Positions 10,477-21,281 are shown, counted from the first letter of the stretch. The stretch is DNA of 64,000 bases from Candidatus Bathyarchaeota archaeon (GCA_963806535.1 CAWDYC010000003.1:440928-504927), one strand, 5' to 3'. Program-made: numbers and translations. Notes: generated by a model from the sequence alone, not told the origin.

Positions 10477-11949
10477 ATGAACCCAAACAACCCATCTAAT
10501 CCTAACTCAAATGGTTCAAAAAGTAGATTCGGCTCAAGTTACGGAACAAAGGTCCTTTTAACAGTAACCGCAGTCTCACTGCTACTGAACTATGTAGAAA
10601 CAATGGTCATACCAGGCATATATGACATCCAAAAAGATCTATCAACAACAGCAACAATCGCTTCATGGATCACATCCGCCTTCCTAATTGTAGGAGCTGC
10701 CGTCTCACCGCTTTTCGGAAAACTCGGCGACATATACGGCAAGAAAAAAATCTTCCTCACAGTTCTACTCTTCTATATTGCAGGAGTAGGATTAGCAGGA
10801 TTCGCAACAAACATATACATGCTGATAGCTTCAAGAGCCATACAAGGCATCGGCTTTGCCATAGTTCCTTTAGGATTAGCTATAATCACTGACGTTTTCC
10901 CCAAAGAGAAAGTAGCCACAGCACAGGGCATAATCAGCGGAACCTTCGCCATCGGCGCCGCCGCAGGCCTAATAATAGGCGCATACATAGTACAGGACTT
11001 AAGTTGGCAATGGGCCTTCCACTCTGCTTTCATCTTAAGCATCGTTTTGTTCTTCATAGCGCTGGTAGCTCTCAAAAAAGATGTGCCCGGCGAGAAAGGC
11101 AAAGTAGACATCGTTGGTACAAGCATGCTGATGTCAGGTATAGTCCTTGTACTGCTATATCTAACTGAAGCGCCCACTTTAGGTTGGCTATCGCTTGAAA
11201 ACATCGCACTTCTAATCCCAGGCATCATCTTAACCGTCGGATTCTTTGCCTTCGAAAACAAACAAACAAGCCCGCTCATTCAATTAAGCCTGCTAAAAAT
11301 CAGAAACGTACTTGTCGCAAACCTGGTTGGCATACTTTCCAGCATGTCCATGTTCCTACTCTTCTTCGCAGTAATCTACTACGCTCAATATCCCTCAGCC
11401 ATTGGTCCATATGGACTTGGGTTAAGTGTTATCAATACAGGATTGACACTTGCACCTGCCACACTGGTAATGCTTATTGTTGGACCATTGATGGGCAGAC
11501 TTGTAACCAGAATAGGACCAAAACCAATAATCACGCTAGGAGCATCAATCAGCATTATAGGTTTGCTTCTATTTACCTTCTTCAGAGGCACCACAACGGA
11601 GCTAACTATAGACGTAGCCGTCGCATTGGTAGGAGTAGTGTCGCTGATTATTCCAATTGTAAACATGATTTCAGTGTCTGTACCTAAAGAAAGCACTGCA
11701 GTAGGCTTAGGAATGAACACGATGCTAAGAAACCTAGGAGGAGCCATTGGCCCAGTTCTCGCCACAACTATAATTACCACCTACTCCGACAAATTGGGAC
11801 CGCCAATACTGCCAACCGTCATGACTTTCGGAAACAAAACAGCCTTCAACATAATTTTTGCCATAGGCATTGTCTTAATGATAATCATAATTGCTCTAAG
11901 CTTAACCATCAAAAACTACACATTCCATAAAACAAAAATGAAAACATAA
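10477..11949 (+). CDS. MFS efflux transporter (DHA2-like, about 14 TM)
   Basis: Motif A GKLGDIYGKKK; RAIQGIG; divergent from tetR. Confidence 0.9.
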   Translation: MNPNNPSNPNSNGSKSRFGSSYGTKVLLTVTAVSLLLNYVETMVIPGIYDIQKDLSTTATIASWITSAFLIVGAAVSPLFGKLGDIYGKKKIFLTVLLFYIAGVGLAGFATNIYMLIASRAIQGIGFAIVPLGLAIITDVFPKEKVATAQGIISGTFAIGAAAGLIIGAYIVQDLSWQWAFHSAFILSIVLFFIALVALKKDVPGEKGKVDIVGTSMLMSGIVLVLLYLTEAPTLGWLSLENIALLIPGIILTVGFFAFENKQTSPLIQLSLLKIRNVLVANLVGILSSMSMFLLFFAVIYYAQYPSAIGPYGLGLSVINTGLTLAPATLVMLIVGPLMGRLVTRIGPKPIITLGASISIIGLLLFTFFRGTTTELTIDVAVALVGVVSLIIPIVNMISVSVPKESTAVGLGMNTMLRNLGGAIGPVLATTIITTYSDKLGPPILPTVMTFGNKTAFNIIFAIGIVLMIIIIALSLTIKNYTFHKTKMKT

Positions 11950-12190
11950 GCCGTGCAAGCATCAGTAAAGCAACGTTTACTTTCTTTATTTTTTCTTTCT
12001 AATAAATTCAAGACGAAGGTCAGGGGGAGAGGGTCTACTTTTTGATAGTGAAAGATCTTAACAAAAAGAGAAGAAGCAAGAAGGTCACTTTAGAAGGCTG
12101 AATTTAGGTTCAAAATTGGTTCGGTAAATAAGGTGCTGATGATTATTTTCGCAAGTGTTGTTTGGTATAAAATAAAAAAAGAAAAGGTGG

Positions 12191-12676
12191 TTAAGTTGGC
12201 AATGGTTTTCCGCAGTTAGGGCAGAAAGCAGTGTTTGGTTGAACCGGTGCACCGCAGTTTGGACAATATCGTGTTGCCTGCATAGTTGGCATCGAGGGGG
12301 GTGAAGGCGGAGTATAAGTTGGGGCTGCTGCAGTCTGCGGTGGTTGCCAAGATATGGCTAAGATTCCTCCGATGATGCCCAGTAAAAAGCCAATTAAGAG
12401 ACCGCCAACTGCGCCGACCCAACTGATTAGCGAGAAAACCAAGATAATTACTCCCCAAGTTACATGTTGCTCAGGGTGAGCGCGAAGGTTGTTGGCGCCT
12501 ACTATGATGATTATACCCCATATGAGTCCAAAGATGCCTATGATTGCTCCAACGCCGAACGCAAAGAAAGTGAAGATAGCGCCTATCGCTGCTACGATTA
12601 AACCGCCTAAAAGAACAAATATTCCTGCTATAAGCGATAATGTGAAAGCTGCAGTAGGATATGATTCTCGGGACAT
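12191..12676 (-). CDS. Membrane protein with C-terminal zinc ribbon
   Basis: Gly-rich TM helices, Pro-rich linker, CPNCG...CPNCG. Confidence 0.75.
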   Translation of the reverse strand: MSRESYPTAAFTLSLIAGIFVLLGGLIVAAIGAIFTFFAFGVGAIIGIFGLIWGIIIIVGANNLRAHPEQHVTWGVIILVFSLISWVGAVGGLLIGFLLGIIGGILAISWQPPQTAAAPTYTPPSPPSMPTMQATRYCPNCGAPVQPNTAFCPNCGKPLPT

Positions 12677-12826
12677 AAACTCGTGTTGTACGCAACCACT
12701 ATTTAACGCTTGTTACCTCAAGCTACGGGTGGTTATCTGCAATAGAGGAATCGTTATTACTATGTAGAATTTACTCTGTTTTTGCGGATACCCTAAAAGC
12801 TGATTGAGGTAACAAGAAGAATCAGA

Positions 12827-14368
12827 GTGAAACATTTGAGCGGAAACATAAATCAAGTTTACAGAGAACTTTTGGAAAAAACTAAAGATGCCATAGTGTT
12901 TGGAACGGCTGCGGGTATAATTCATTGGGATATGGAGACAATGATGCCTCCAGGAGCTGTGGAGCAACGAAGCGAGCAACTCGCCTTAATGAGCCGTATT
13001 CACCATAAATTCGCTACTGACCCAGAAATAGAAAAACTCTTAAACACAATTCAAGCAAGCCCAGAATACGAGACGATAGGTCAAGTTGAAAAACGCAACC
13101 TTTACCTTATCAGAAAAAGTTACCTAGAACAAACCAGTTTACCAGAAAAACTTGTTGCTGACTTGGCCAAACAAGAAGCTTTGACCGTGAATGTTTGGAA
13201 AAAAGCCAAGGCTCAAAAAAACTTCAACCTATTCAAACCGGACTTAGAAAAACTTTTAGACTTAAACAAACAAGCAGCAGAAATTCTAATGAAAGTAAAA
13301 GAAACAAAAACAACTTACGAAGCACTGATTGATAATTTTGAGCCTAAAATGACTGCTACTCAAATAACAGCTACCTTTACTCAACTTCAGCAGGGCTTAA
13401 GAAAGCTGATAAGCAGAATTCAAGCCAGCCCAACCAAGCCAGATACAACGATGCTTTGCCAGTCGGTTAAAGAAGAAAACCAGCGCAAGATAACACAATT
13501 CATAACACAAACGCTGGGATACGACACTTCTTCTTTAGAAGCTCGTGGAAGAGTTGATGAAACAGAACATCCCTTCACCACTGGCTACTACGACGATGTC
13601 CGCATAACCACGCATTATCATCTAAACAATTATGCAAGCTCAATTTTTTCTGTACTGCATGAGACAGGACACGCCATCTATGAACAGAATTTGGAACCAA
13701 AATGGAAATATCAACCAGTAGGGTCAACATGCTCTTACGGAATTCATGAGTCGCAATCCCGTTTTTATGAAAATGTAATAGGCCGCTCAGAAGAATTCTG
13801 GACATATTTTATGCCAAAAATAAAGGAAAAGGCTTCAGAACTCGCATCCGTTGAATTGGACAAGTTTCTTCAAGCTATTAATAAGGTAGAGCAATCAAAA
13901 ATCCGCACTGAAGCTGACGAAGTCACTTACAATTTGCACATAATTATCCGATTTGAAATTGAAAGAGACCTCTTCGCCGACAAAATAAAGGTAAACGAGC
14001 TACCTCAGATTTGGAATGAAAAATACGAAGATTATCTCGGAGTTAAGGTTGAAAATGACTCTGAAGGAGTAATGCAGGATACACATTGGGCAAGCGGATT
14101 ATACGGTTACTTCCCAAGCTACGCGCTTGGCAACATTTACAGCGGACAAATAACCGATGCCATCTCTAAAAACTGCTCATATTGGCGCAAACAGCTTGCA
14201 GAAGGAAAACTACAGCACGTTAATGATTGGCTAAAAACAAATATTCACAGCCAAGGCAACCTCTTTGATCCAGAAGAACTTATACGGAGAGCAACTGGAA
14301 GAACACTTGACACTCAACCATATCTAAAATACCTAAATGAAAAATATGGTAAGCTTTATAAATTTTGA
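12827..14368 (+). CDS. Carboxypeptidase, family M32
   Basis: WDMETMMP, EHPFT, HETGHAIYEQ, HESQSRFYEN, QDTHWASG, GYFPSYALG. Confidence 0.95.
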   Translation: MKHLSGNINQVYRELLEKTKDAIVFGTAAGIIHWDMETMMPPGAVEQRSEQLALMSRIHHKFATDPEIEKLLNTIQASPEYETIGQVEKRNLYLIRKSYLEQTSLPEKLVADLAKQEALTVNVWKKAKAQKNFNLFKPDLEKLLDLNKQAAEILMKVKETKTTYEALIDNFEPKMTATQITATFTQLQQGLRKLISRIQASPTKPDTTMLCQSVKEENQRKITQFITQTLGYDTSSLEARGRVDETEHPFTTGYYDDVRITTHYHLNNYASSIFSVLHETGHAIYEQNLEPKWKYQPVGSTCSYGIHESQSRFYENVIGRSEEFWTYFMPKIKEKASELASVELDKFLQAINKVEQSKIRTEADEVTYNLHIIIRFEIERDLFADKIKVNELPQIWNEKYEDYLGVKVENDSEGVMQDTHWASGLYGYFPSYALGNIYSGQITDAISKNCSYWRKQLAEGKLQHVNDWLKTNIHSQGNLFDPEELIRRATGRTLDTQPYLKYLNEKYGKLYKF

Positions 14369-14547
14369 ATTGGCGATTTCTTAGTCAATTCTTTGAACAC
14401 ATATATAATAAGGTAAGCCGCAATTGCGCCGATGAAAAGGGAAATGCCTGAGTAACCGACAACTGCATTGTAAACATTAGCGCCAACTAGGAATAGCAAA
14501 AAGCCTAATAGAAATACGCCTAAACACGCCCAATCAGTCCACGACAT
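14356..14547 (-). CDS. Small 2-TM membrane protein
   Basis: Two hydrophobic segments; GAGGT RBS-like sequence upstream. Confidence 0.6.
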   Translation of the reverse strand: MSWTDWACLGVFLLGFLLFLVGANVYNAVVGYSGISLFIGAIAAYLIIYVFKELTKKSPIQNL

Positions 14548-14754
14548 AGGATGACCTCATATCACGAATTCAATAAAACCCAAGATATATTAGACTTACC
14601 TTCAACCCCTCCAAAAAACAATTGCCAGCGCAAAAATGGAAAAGTGAAACTTTTGGGTAGAAAGTAATAATATGGCGAACATCTTTAATATTTTTTGATG
14701 CATCCGACATTTTTATATATAAGATAAACTAAGAGAGCGCTGAGGCTAAAACAA

Positions 14755-16194
14755 ATGTCGGGATCAGAGGTTAAAAAGCCAGAAACAAGAGAAGAATTTA
14801 TCAAAATACTCACGGAAGCAGCAAAAAAAGAATCAGGTATAAAATATAAGCCATCAAAACCGACAGTCATTGGAACAGCAAAAGAAATGGAAATTCACAG
14901 AGATACACTTTATAGTTGGCTAAAAGAGTTTAATGTCGATTTCAAAGAGATCGTTGATCGCATGCCGACAATCGCTGACGATATTGAGGAAGATTCAGGA
15001 CCTACTTACTTAATTGGAGAATCACTGTTAGGGGAAGGAAACGAAGTTGCACACATTGACCTGATGATAGGCGATAAAAATGGACCTATAGGACAAGCAT
15101 TCGCTAATGGCATGTCACAATTATCAGCTGGTCACACACCGGTTCTTGCAGTAATCAGACCTAACCTGCCGCCAAAACCACATACACTAATTGTGCCAAA
15201 AGTCACTATCAAAAACATGGAAGATACAGGCAAAATTTTCGGTCCAGCACAGGCAGCAGTAGCAAAAGCCATCGCTGACTCAGCTGAAGAAGGAGTTATC
15301 CCAGTAAACAAGCTAGATAGCTGGGTTATCATTTGCAGTGTCTTCATTCATCCAAAAGCTACTGATTTCCGCAAAATATACCAATACAATTATGGGGCAA
15401 CAAAAATGGCTCTAAAACGCGCACTAAAGCAGTATCCAACACTTGAAAAGATAATCTACGAGAAAGACCGCTCAAAGCATCCTATCATGGGATTCAAAGT
15501 GCCACGTCTATGGAGACCGCCATACCTCCAAATTGCACTTGACGCTCCCTCACTTGAAGGAGCAAAGAAGGTTATTGAACAACTTCCAGGAAGCGACAGA
15601 ATCATTCTTGAAGTCGGCACACCACTCATTAAACGCTACGGTACAAGAGGCATCAACGAACTACGCCAAATAGCCAGAGACAAATTCATTATAGCAGACC
15701 TGAAGACACTTGACGTTGGAAAAGTCGAAGTAGACATTGCATATGAGGACACCGCAGACGCAGTTGTTGCAGCAGGTCTAGCGCCACCAGAAACATTAGA
15801 TGCAACAGTTTCAGAAGCCAGACGCCTAGGAATATATGCTGTCATCGACATGCTAAACGTGGAAGACGTCCTTGCAAAACTCAAATCTCTCAAAGACTTT
15901 CCGGACATTGTCATATTGCACAGAGGCATAGACCAGGAAAGCGGCAGAAGCTGCGGATTAGAACGAATACAGATAATTCGCAAAGCTTTCCCAAACAAAA
16001 AGTTCCTTATCGCAGTCGCCGGAGGAATAGTTCCAGAAACAGCAAAAGAAGCTTTAGAACAAGGCGCAGACATACTCATAGTCGGCAGATACGTTACTCA
16101 ATCAAAAGACATTGAACGTTCAGTTAGAGACTTCCTTGAACTGACACCAAGCATGCGAGAAGACGTAGACTTATACAGAGTGCATACAGAATAA
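14755..16194 (+). CDS. fae-hps: Bifunctional formaldehyde-activating enzyme / 3-hexulose-6-phosphate synthase with an extra N-terminal HTH-like domain
   Basis: Fae motifs GEGNEVAHIDL, GHTPVLAVIRPN, FGPAQAAVAKA; HPS motifs LQIALD, EVGTPLIK, ADLKTLD, HRGID, VAGGI. Confidence 0.92.
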   Translation: MSGSEVKKPETREEFIKILTEAAKKESGIKYKPSKPTVIGTAKEMEIHRDTLYSWLKEFNVDFKEIVDRMPTIADDIEEDSGPTYLIGESLLGEGNEVAHIDLMIGDKNGPIGQAFANGMSQLSAGHTPVLAVIRPNLPPKPHTLIVPKVTIKNMEDTGKIFGPAQAAVAKAIADSAEEGVIPVNKLDSWVIICSVFIHPKATDFRKIYQYNYGATKMALKRALKQYPTLEKIIYEKDRSKHPIMGFKVPRLWRPPYLQIALDAPSLEGAKKVIEQLPGSDRIILEVGTPLIKRYGTRGINELRQIARDKFIIADLKTLDVGKVEVDIAYEDTADAVVAAGLAPPETLDATVSEARRLGIYAVIDMLNVEDVLAKLKSLKDFPDIVILHRGIDQESGRSCGLERIQIIRKAFPNKKFLIAVAGGIVPETAKEALEQGADILIVGRYVTQSKDIERSVRDFLELTPSMREDVDLYRVHTE

Positions 16195-16246
16195 AATTTG
16201 AAACCGAGTCAAAAGCTCGCTTAATCTTCTTTTTCTTTTTTAGTTT

Positions 16247-17476
16247 TTACCGAATTATTTTTAGTGTTATAAACGCAGCAAGGAAGATTACTGCGGCAAT
16301 AATGAATGTTGGAAGATAATTCAAGTTATAAGCGAGGAAAGGCCCCAGGAAAGCGCCTATTGCCGCTCCTAAACCCACCATTCCATCGAAGAAGCCGACT
16401 TTTCCTTCAGGTATAACCTCCATGGAAAGCGAAAGCATCATAATGTAATAAATTGCATAAGAAAAACCTAGGCACACAAGAAGAATACAAGTTACGAATA
16501 TAGGTGCAATAGCAAGCGAAATTAACGCAACCAAAACAAAAACAAGAAGGCTGCGGAAAAGGATGAAACGAGGCATTTGCTTTTTCATATTCATCGAGTT
16601 TGCTCGCCCACGAATAAAGAAATAACCTACTGTTGCACCAGCAGAATTAATGATGTACGCCAGGTACACATATTGCTGGTGGCCGCCAAACACGTCGCGG
16701 AGATATATTGGTAATGGCGTAAAAAACAAGCTTGTGGCAAGAGCGAACAGAACTATTGCAAATGCAAATCCTAAAAATCTGTCTTCTTTGAGTGACCCAT
16801 CCCAACGTAATCCATTCATAATTCTTGATAAAGCGTCAAATCCACGATTTGCATTATCCATCTTCCTTTCTATACTTACCAAGCGTCTTTCAAAAATCAT
16901 TAAAGGGTCTGCAATGAGGGCTAAAGCAAGAACTAATGCAACTACGTTTAATCCGCTGCAAAGGTAAAAAGAATAATTTGACAAAACAGAGAAGCTCAGA
17001 GCTGAAGCAAATAGTGCCAATCCAGCAGCTAAACCAATGATAAAGCCTATTTCGGTTATGCCCTCGTATAATCCAAAAGATTTTTCCCAATCGCAACGAC
17101 TATAGTGCTCAGTGACAAGCACGTTTTTTGGTGATTCATGTGCCACGTGAAGCATCTGCATAACAATGTACAATATTACAAATGCGATGAGGTTCTGAGC
17201 AAATGGAAGGGTCATGAGGAATAGAATAAGCGCTATCGAAGCGAAAGAAAGCATGATAAAGATTTTGTAGTGCCTAGTCTTGTCGCAGAGGTACCCCCAG
17301 AGAAAAGAGGCAGGTATCGAGCAAAATATGGCTATGGAAGTCATGACTCCAAGCGCAAGGAGCGGACCACCCAAAATACTGGTGTTTTTGAAAACTACTA
17401 CATACAGCGGTATGAAAACTGTTAGTAACCCAAATGCCATATCATGAAAGAAAAACCCCAACCGCCACATAGCCAA
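16247..17476 (-). CDS. MFS transporter
   Basis: About 12 TM segments; WGYLCDKTRH motif-A variant. Confidence 0.85.
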   Translation of the reverse strand: MAMWRLGFFFHDMAFGLLTVFIPLYVVVFKNTSILGGPLLALGVMTSIAIFCSIPASFLWGYLCDKTRHYKIFIMLSFASIALILFLMTLPFAQNLIAFVILYIVMQMLHVAHESPKNVLVTEHYSRCDWEKSFGLYEGITEIGFIIGLAAGLALFASALSFSVLSNYSFYLCSGLNVVALVLALALIADPLMIFERRLVSIERKMDNANRGFDALSRIMNGLRWDGSLKEDRFLGFAFAIVLFALATSLFFTPLPIYLRDVFGGHQQYVYLAYIINSAGATVGYFFIRGRANSMNMKKQMPRFILFRSLLVFVLVALISLAIAPIFVTCILLVCLGFSYAIYYIMMLSLSMEVIPEGKVGFFDGMVGLGAAIGAFLGPFLAYNLNYLPTFIIAAVIFLAAFITLKIIR

Positions 17477-17883
17477 AAGACGACTTCACAGTTGCATTAA
17501 AGCTTTTGGCTAAATTAAAATAACTTGCTTAAAAAGTAGGCACGACTTAATATTTTCTCATAAATCCTTAATATGAAGTCAGTGGAGACATCTTCCGCAA
17601 AATCCCTCTTCTTTCCACCAAATGACTGAGTCTTGTTTGGGTTGTAGTCTCAGTTTGGTCTAGCACTACGCTGTCGACATCGACATTAACTATCGCGTTT
17701 TTGCGTCTCTTTTTTTCTGTTTAATTTTCAATTTGGGAGAAGGTATATATGATTCTCTGTAATTTGGTTTCCCTATTTTTAAGGTCTTCTATAGTTTTAT
17801 ATGTGGGTTGGTAACAACTAGGGCTTTGTTGAGTGAGAGTTTTACGTTTTAGCTCAACAAAATATAATTGAAGGAAAAGAAAA

Positions 17884-20559
17884 ATGAAAATACTGAAAAA
17901 AAAAATTCCAGTTATTGCGATTGCAATATTCTTAATGCTTTCAATGTCAACTTCGATGATTCCTTTGCCTTCCGCTAGCGCACATTATCCTCCGTATATC
18001 GAACCTCACTGGGTTTACGTTTCTGCTTCGCCGTTAACAGTAGGTGTCAATCAGCAAGTACTAATTGTTATGTGGGACTCCGTTGCCAGGGCTATAACCA
18101 ATCAGCCGGAATATTTCGATTTGAACATCACAAAGCCTGACGGCACAGCGGAACACTTGGGGCCGTTCGCAGGCGACCTGGCATCATCAACATACACTTT
18201 ATACACACCCACTCAAGTTGGCACATACAAAGTCGTGGCCACAAGTGAAGCATACGTATACAGCGTTACGCCGCCTCCCAGTCTTTTCGGCCCGTCGACT
18301 TACACAACAAACGACACCATGCTAGCCTTATCAAGCGACCCAGCGAACTTCACCGTACAGCAGGAAGCAATACCAGGATACCCAGAGGCTCCGCTTCCAA
18401 CCAGCTACTGGACAACCCCAATTAACGGCATAAACAGAAACTGGTACGTGCTTGCAGGAGTCTGGCTCTCTGGTGCTGCGCAGAATGTTGGCCCAACCAG
18501 TAGATTCGCCTACGGCACAGGTCCAGAAACCGCGCATGTATTGTGGACACGCCAGTATTGGGATGGAGGCATAATGGATGCGAGAGTTGGGAATTTCCAG
18601 GCTTACACAGGACAAGCATACGAGGACTTTGGTCTCTTTCCGCCAATAATCATGAACGGCAAACTCTACTATAACGTGTACACACCCCCAAGATTCGGCT
18701 GGTACGAAGTAGACCTGTACACGGGACAAACATTAGTCTTCCACAACACAACTGGCACCTTCAACGACAACGGTCTGCTGGGCAACAACCCGCAACAGGT
18801 ATACCAAGGAGCACTCACGTTCGGTCAGATACTAGACTTTGAGCACCCGAACTCCCACGGCGAATACCCATACCTATGGTCAAACAACGCGATCCCAGCC
18901 ATGCACGGTGGAACTGGATCAGACACCGACACATGGTCCATGTTTGACGCATTCACCGGACAATACATTCTCAACCTAACCGGCATACCAACAACAGGCA
19001 CAACAGTCTACCAGACACCACAGGGAAACATACTAAAATACGCCCTCACTAACTATGGAACCACCGCAAATCCATCGTACAGACTAACAATATGGAACTC
19101 AACCGCAGCATTGGATCAGCCATATAGCGGCTTCTGGAGACCAGCAAACTACACGTACGGCCCCGGCGGCACCCCTGCTAATCCAGCAACAGGATTCCCA
19201 GGAGTGAACGTTCAACTTGGATATACGTTGAACGTGACAACACCATTGACAGGCGGAACTACTATTCGTGCCATTCGTGAAGGCAAATTCATAATCGGTG
19301 GAACTACAGGAACCTATGACGGAAACGGCGGCGTGAGTGTTCCCGGTGTAATGTGGTGCTTGAGTCTGGCAAGAGGACAAGAAGGCACACTTCTGTGGAA
19401 CAGAACCTTCACACCACCACCACAAACAGGCAACATAACCGTTAGCATGGGGACTGTGGATCCAGAAGACGGCGTCTTCGTCTTCTCTTGTGCACAAACG
19501 CTGCAACGATGGGGATATAGTATTGATACAGGACAGAAGCTATGGGGTCCAACGGCACCTGAAAATTCATGGAACTACTATGGCATGAGCAGCAACATCT
19601 ATCAAGGATTACTCTTAGGCTATGGCATAGGCGGAGTACTTGTTGCCTATAACATAACCACAGGAGTCGTAGTCTGGAATTACAAAGCCGAAAGCATTGG
19701 CTTCGAAAGCTACTACGGATATGTTCCAATCTCTGGCACAACCTGTTGTGACGGAAAAATCTACATATACTCAACTGAGCACTCGCCAAGCGTGCCGCTA
19801 AGACGCGATTCACTGATGCGCTGCATCAACGCAACCAACGGAAAAGAAATGTGGAACATCACTGACTGGTTCAGTGGTGTCCCAGCAATCGCCGACGGAT
19901 ACCTAGTATCGATGAACCTGTACGACGATCAGATATACTGCTACGGCAAAGGACCAAGCGCCACCACAGTCACAGCATCACCGAAAACCTCAGTACAAGG
20001 CGATAGCGTACTGATAGAAGGCACGATCATGGATATGTCTGCAGGCGTGACGATGGCCAAGGGACTAGACATACCTGGTAACACCGGTGCGGCAGTATCA
20101 ACCTTAGATGATCCGTCAATACTCGTGAAAGGCGTTGCAGCAGTATCTGATGCCGACCAGAAAGGCTGGATGGAACATATCTACATGCAGCAACCCGCCC
20201 CAACGAACGCAAAAGGCGTTGACATATCGTTAGACACGATCGATCCCAACAACAACTACATCCACATCGGCAACACAACAAACGATCTCACCGGCATGTA
20301 CAGCTTCGCGTTCACACCACAAGTTCCAGGCAAGTACACGATAATCGCTAGCTTCGCAGGCTCCAAATCCTACGGCGCCTCGTACGCTGAAACATCAATC
20401 TTTGTAGGCAATCCAGCAGCAACACCAGCACCTTCTGTTACAGCTCAAGCAAACCTCGCAACTACATCAGATCTCATGTACTACATAGTCGGCGCCGCAG
20501 TCGCTATAATCCTTGCAATCGCTATAGTCGGCGTTTTAATGCTTAGAAAACGACCATAA
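17884..20559 (+). CDS. Secreted PQQ-like beta-propeller surface protein with C-terminal membrane anchor
   Basis: Signal peptide ending ASA; repeated D/N-x-x-TG-x-x-x-W blades; C-terminal TM ending LRKRP, a family I recall as expanded in Bathyarchaeia. Confidence 0.8.
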   Translation: MKILKKKIPVIAIAIFLMLSMSTSMIPLPSASAHYPPYIEPHWVYVSASPLTVGVNQQVLIVMWDSVARAITNQPEYFDLNITKPDGTAEHLGPFAGDLASSTYTLYTPTQVGTYKVVATSEAYVYSVTPPPSLFGPSTYTTNDTMLALSSDPANFTVQQEAIPGYPEAPLPTSYWTTPINGINRNWYVLAGVWLSGAAQNVGPTSRFAYGTGPETAHVLWTRQYWDGGIMDARVGNFQAYTGQAYEDFGLFPPIIMNGKLYYNVYTPPRFGWYEVDLYTGQTLVFHNTTGTFNDNGLLGNNPQQVYQGALTFGQILDFEHPNSHGEYPYLWSNNAIPAMHGGTGSDTDTWSMFDAFTGQYILNLTGIPTTGTTVYQTPQGNILKYALTNYGTTANPSYRLTIWNSTAALDQPYSGFWRPANYTYGPGGTPANPATGFPGVNVQLGYTLNVTTPLTGGTTIRAIREGKFIIGGTTGTYDGNGGVSVPGVMWCLSLARGQEGTLLWNRTFTPPPQTGNITVSMGTVDPEDGVFVFSCAQTLQRWGYSIDTGQKLWGPTAPENSWNYYGMSSNIYQGLLLGYGIGGVLVAYNITTGVVVWNYKAESIGFESYYGYVPISGTTCCDGKIYIYSTEHSPSVPLRRDSLMRCINATNGKEMWNITDWFSGVPAIADGYLVSMNLYDDQIYCYGKGPSATTVTASPKTSVQGDSVLIEGTIMDMSAGVTMAKGLDIPGNTGAAVSTLDDPSILVKGVAAVSDADQKGWMEHIYMQQPAPTNAKGVDISLDTIDPNNNYIHIGNTTNDLTGMYSFAFTPQVPGKYTIIASFAGSKSYGASYAETSIFVGNPAATPAPSVTAQANLATTSDLMYYIVGAAVAIILAIAIVGVLMLRKRP

Positions 20560-20621
20560 AATCTGAAACCAAAACTATCCCTTTTCTTTTTTTACTTTTA
20601 AAACAATCAAGCGCAAACACG

Positions 20622-20810
20622 ATGAAGTACATACATACAATAGAATTTAAAGAACAAGATTACGAAGAAACAGTCGCCACGACACCTGAAGAAGTACGTC
20701 AACTCGGAAAAGCTGGTTGGGTAAAATACGACGAAATGTCTATGAACGGAACTCAAATGCACTTCTACCGTAAGTCTAAACGATTTGGCGGACTGAATGC
20801 ATATCTCTAA
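20622..20810 (+). pseudogene. Remnant of a tyrosine integrase C-terminus
   Basis: (NT)MKYIHTIEFKEQDY..VATTPEEVRQLGKAGW...FYRKSK parallels the end of the integrase at 31496 (NTMSYTQLVDFGEQDY..VAWTLEEACKLL..GF...IFRKPK). Confidence 0.6.
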
Positions 20811-20888
20811 TAAATCAAATCTATCTCAGATAAATCCTTAATAGAGAGTTGCCCAATTTCATACTGCGCTGGAGAGTTTAACAGCAAA

Positions 20889-21281
20889 ATGGCAAAATTC
20901 AAGATAATAGTATCAGATCCTGAAACAGGAACTTCCAAAGTGGTTGAACTTGAAGAGGTACGTGCAGTTCCATTTATCGGTAGAAGACTTGGAGAAATAA
21001 TAGACGGCGCAGTAGTAGATCTGCCAGCGCATAAAGTGCAAATAATGGGCGGCTCCGATAGAGATGGTGTTCCCATGAGGGGAAACGTTCATGGTGGTGT
21101 CCGCCGAAAAGTTGTGCTTAGTGGTGGAGCAGGCTTTAGCCCTAAGAAAAGTGGAGAAAGAAGACGCAAAACAGTTCGCGGAAGCACAATAACAGATGAA
21201 ATTGCACAGATAAACATGAAAATAGTCGAAAAACCAGCTGCAAAAGCTGCAGAAGTTAAACCTCAGCAGGCTGCAAAATAG
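20889..21281 (+). CDS. rps6e: 30S ribosomal protein S6e (eS6)
   Basis: IMGGSDRDGVPM, GERRRKTVRG. Confidence 0.96.
   Translation: MAKFKIIVSDPETGTSKVVELEEVRAVPFIGRRLGEIIDGAVVDLPAHKVQIMGGSDRDGVPMRGNVHGGVRRKVVLSGGAGFSPKKSGERRRKTVRGSTITDEIAQINMKIVEKPAAKAAEVKPQQAAK

Noticed and set aside
9418-12200. Second island integrated at tRNA-Glu (C2H2, TetR, MFS)
   Set aside because: I found no duplicate of the tRNA 3' end and no integrase nearby, and composition matches the host.
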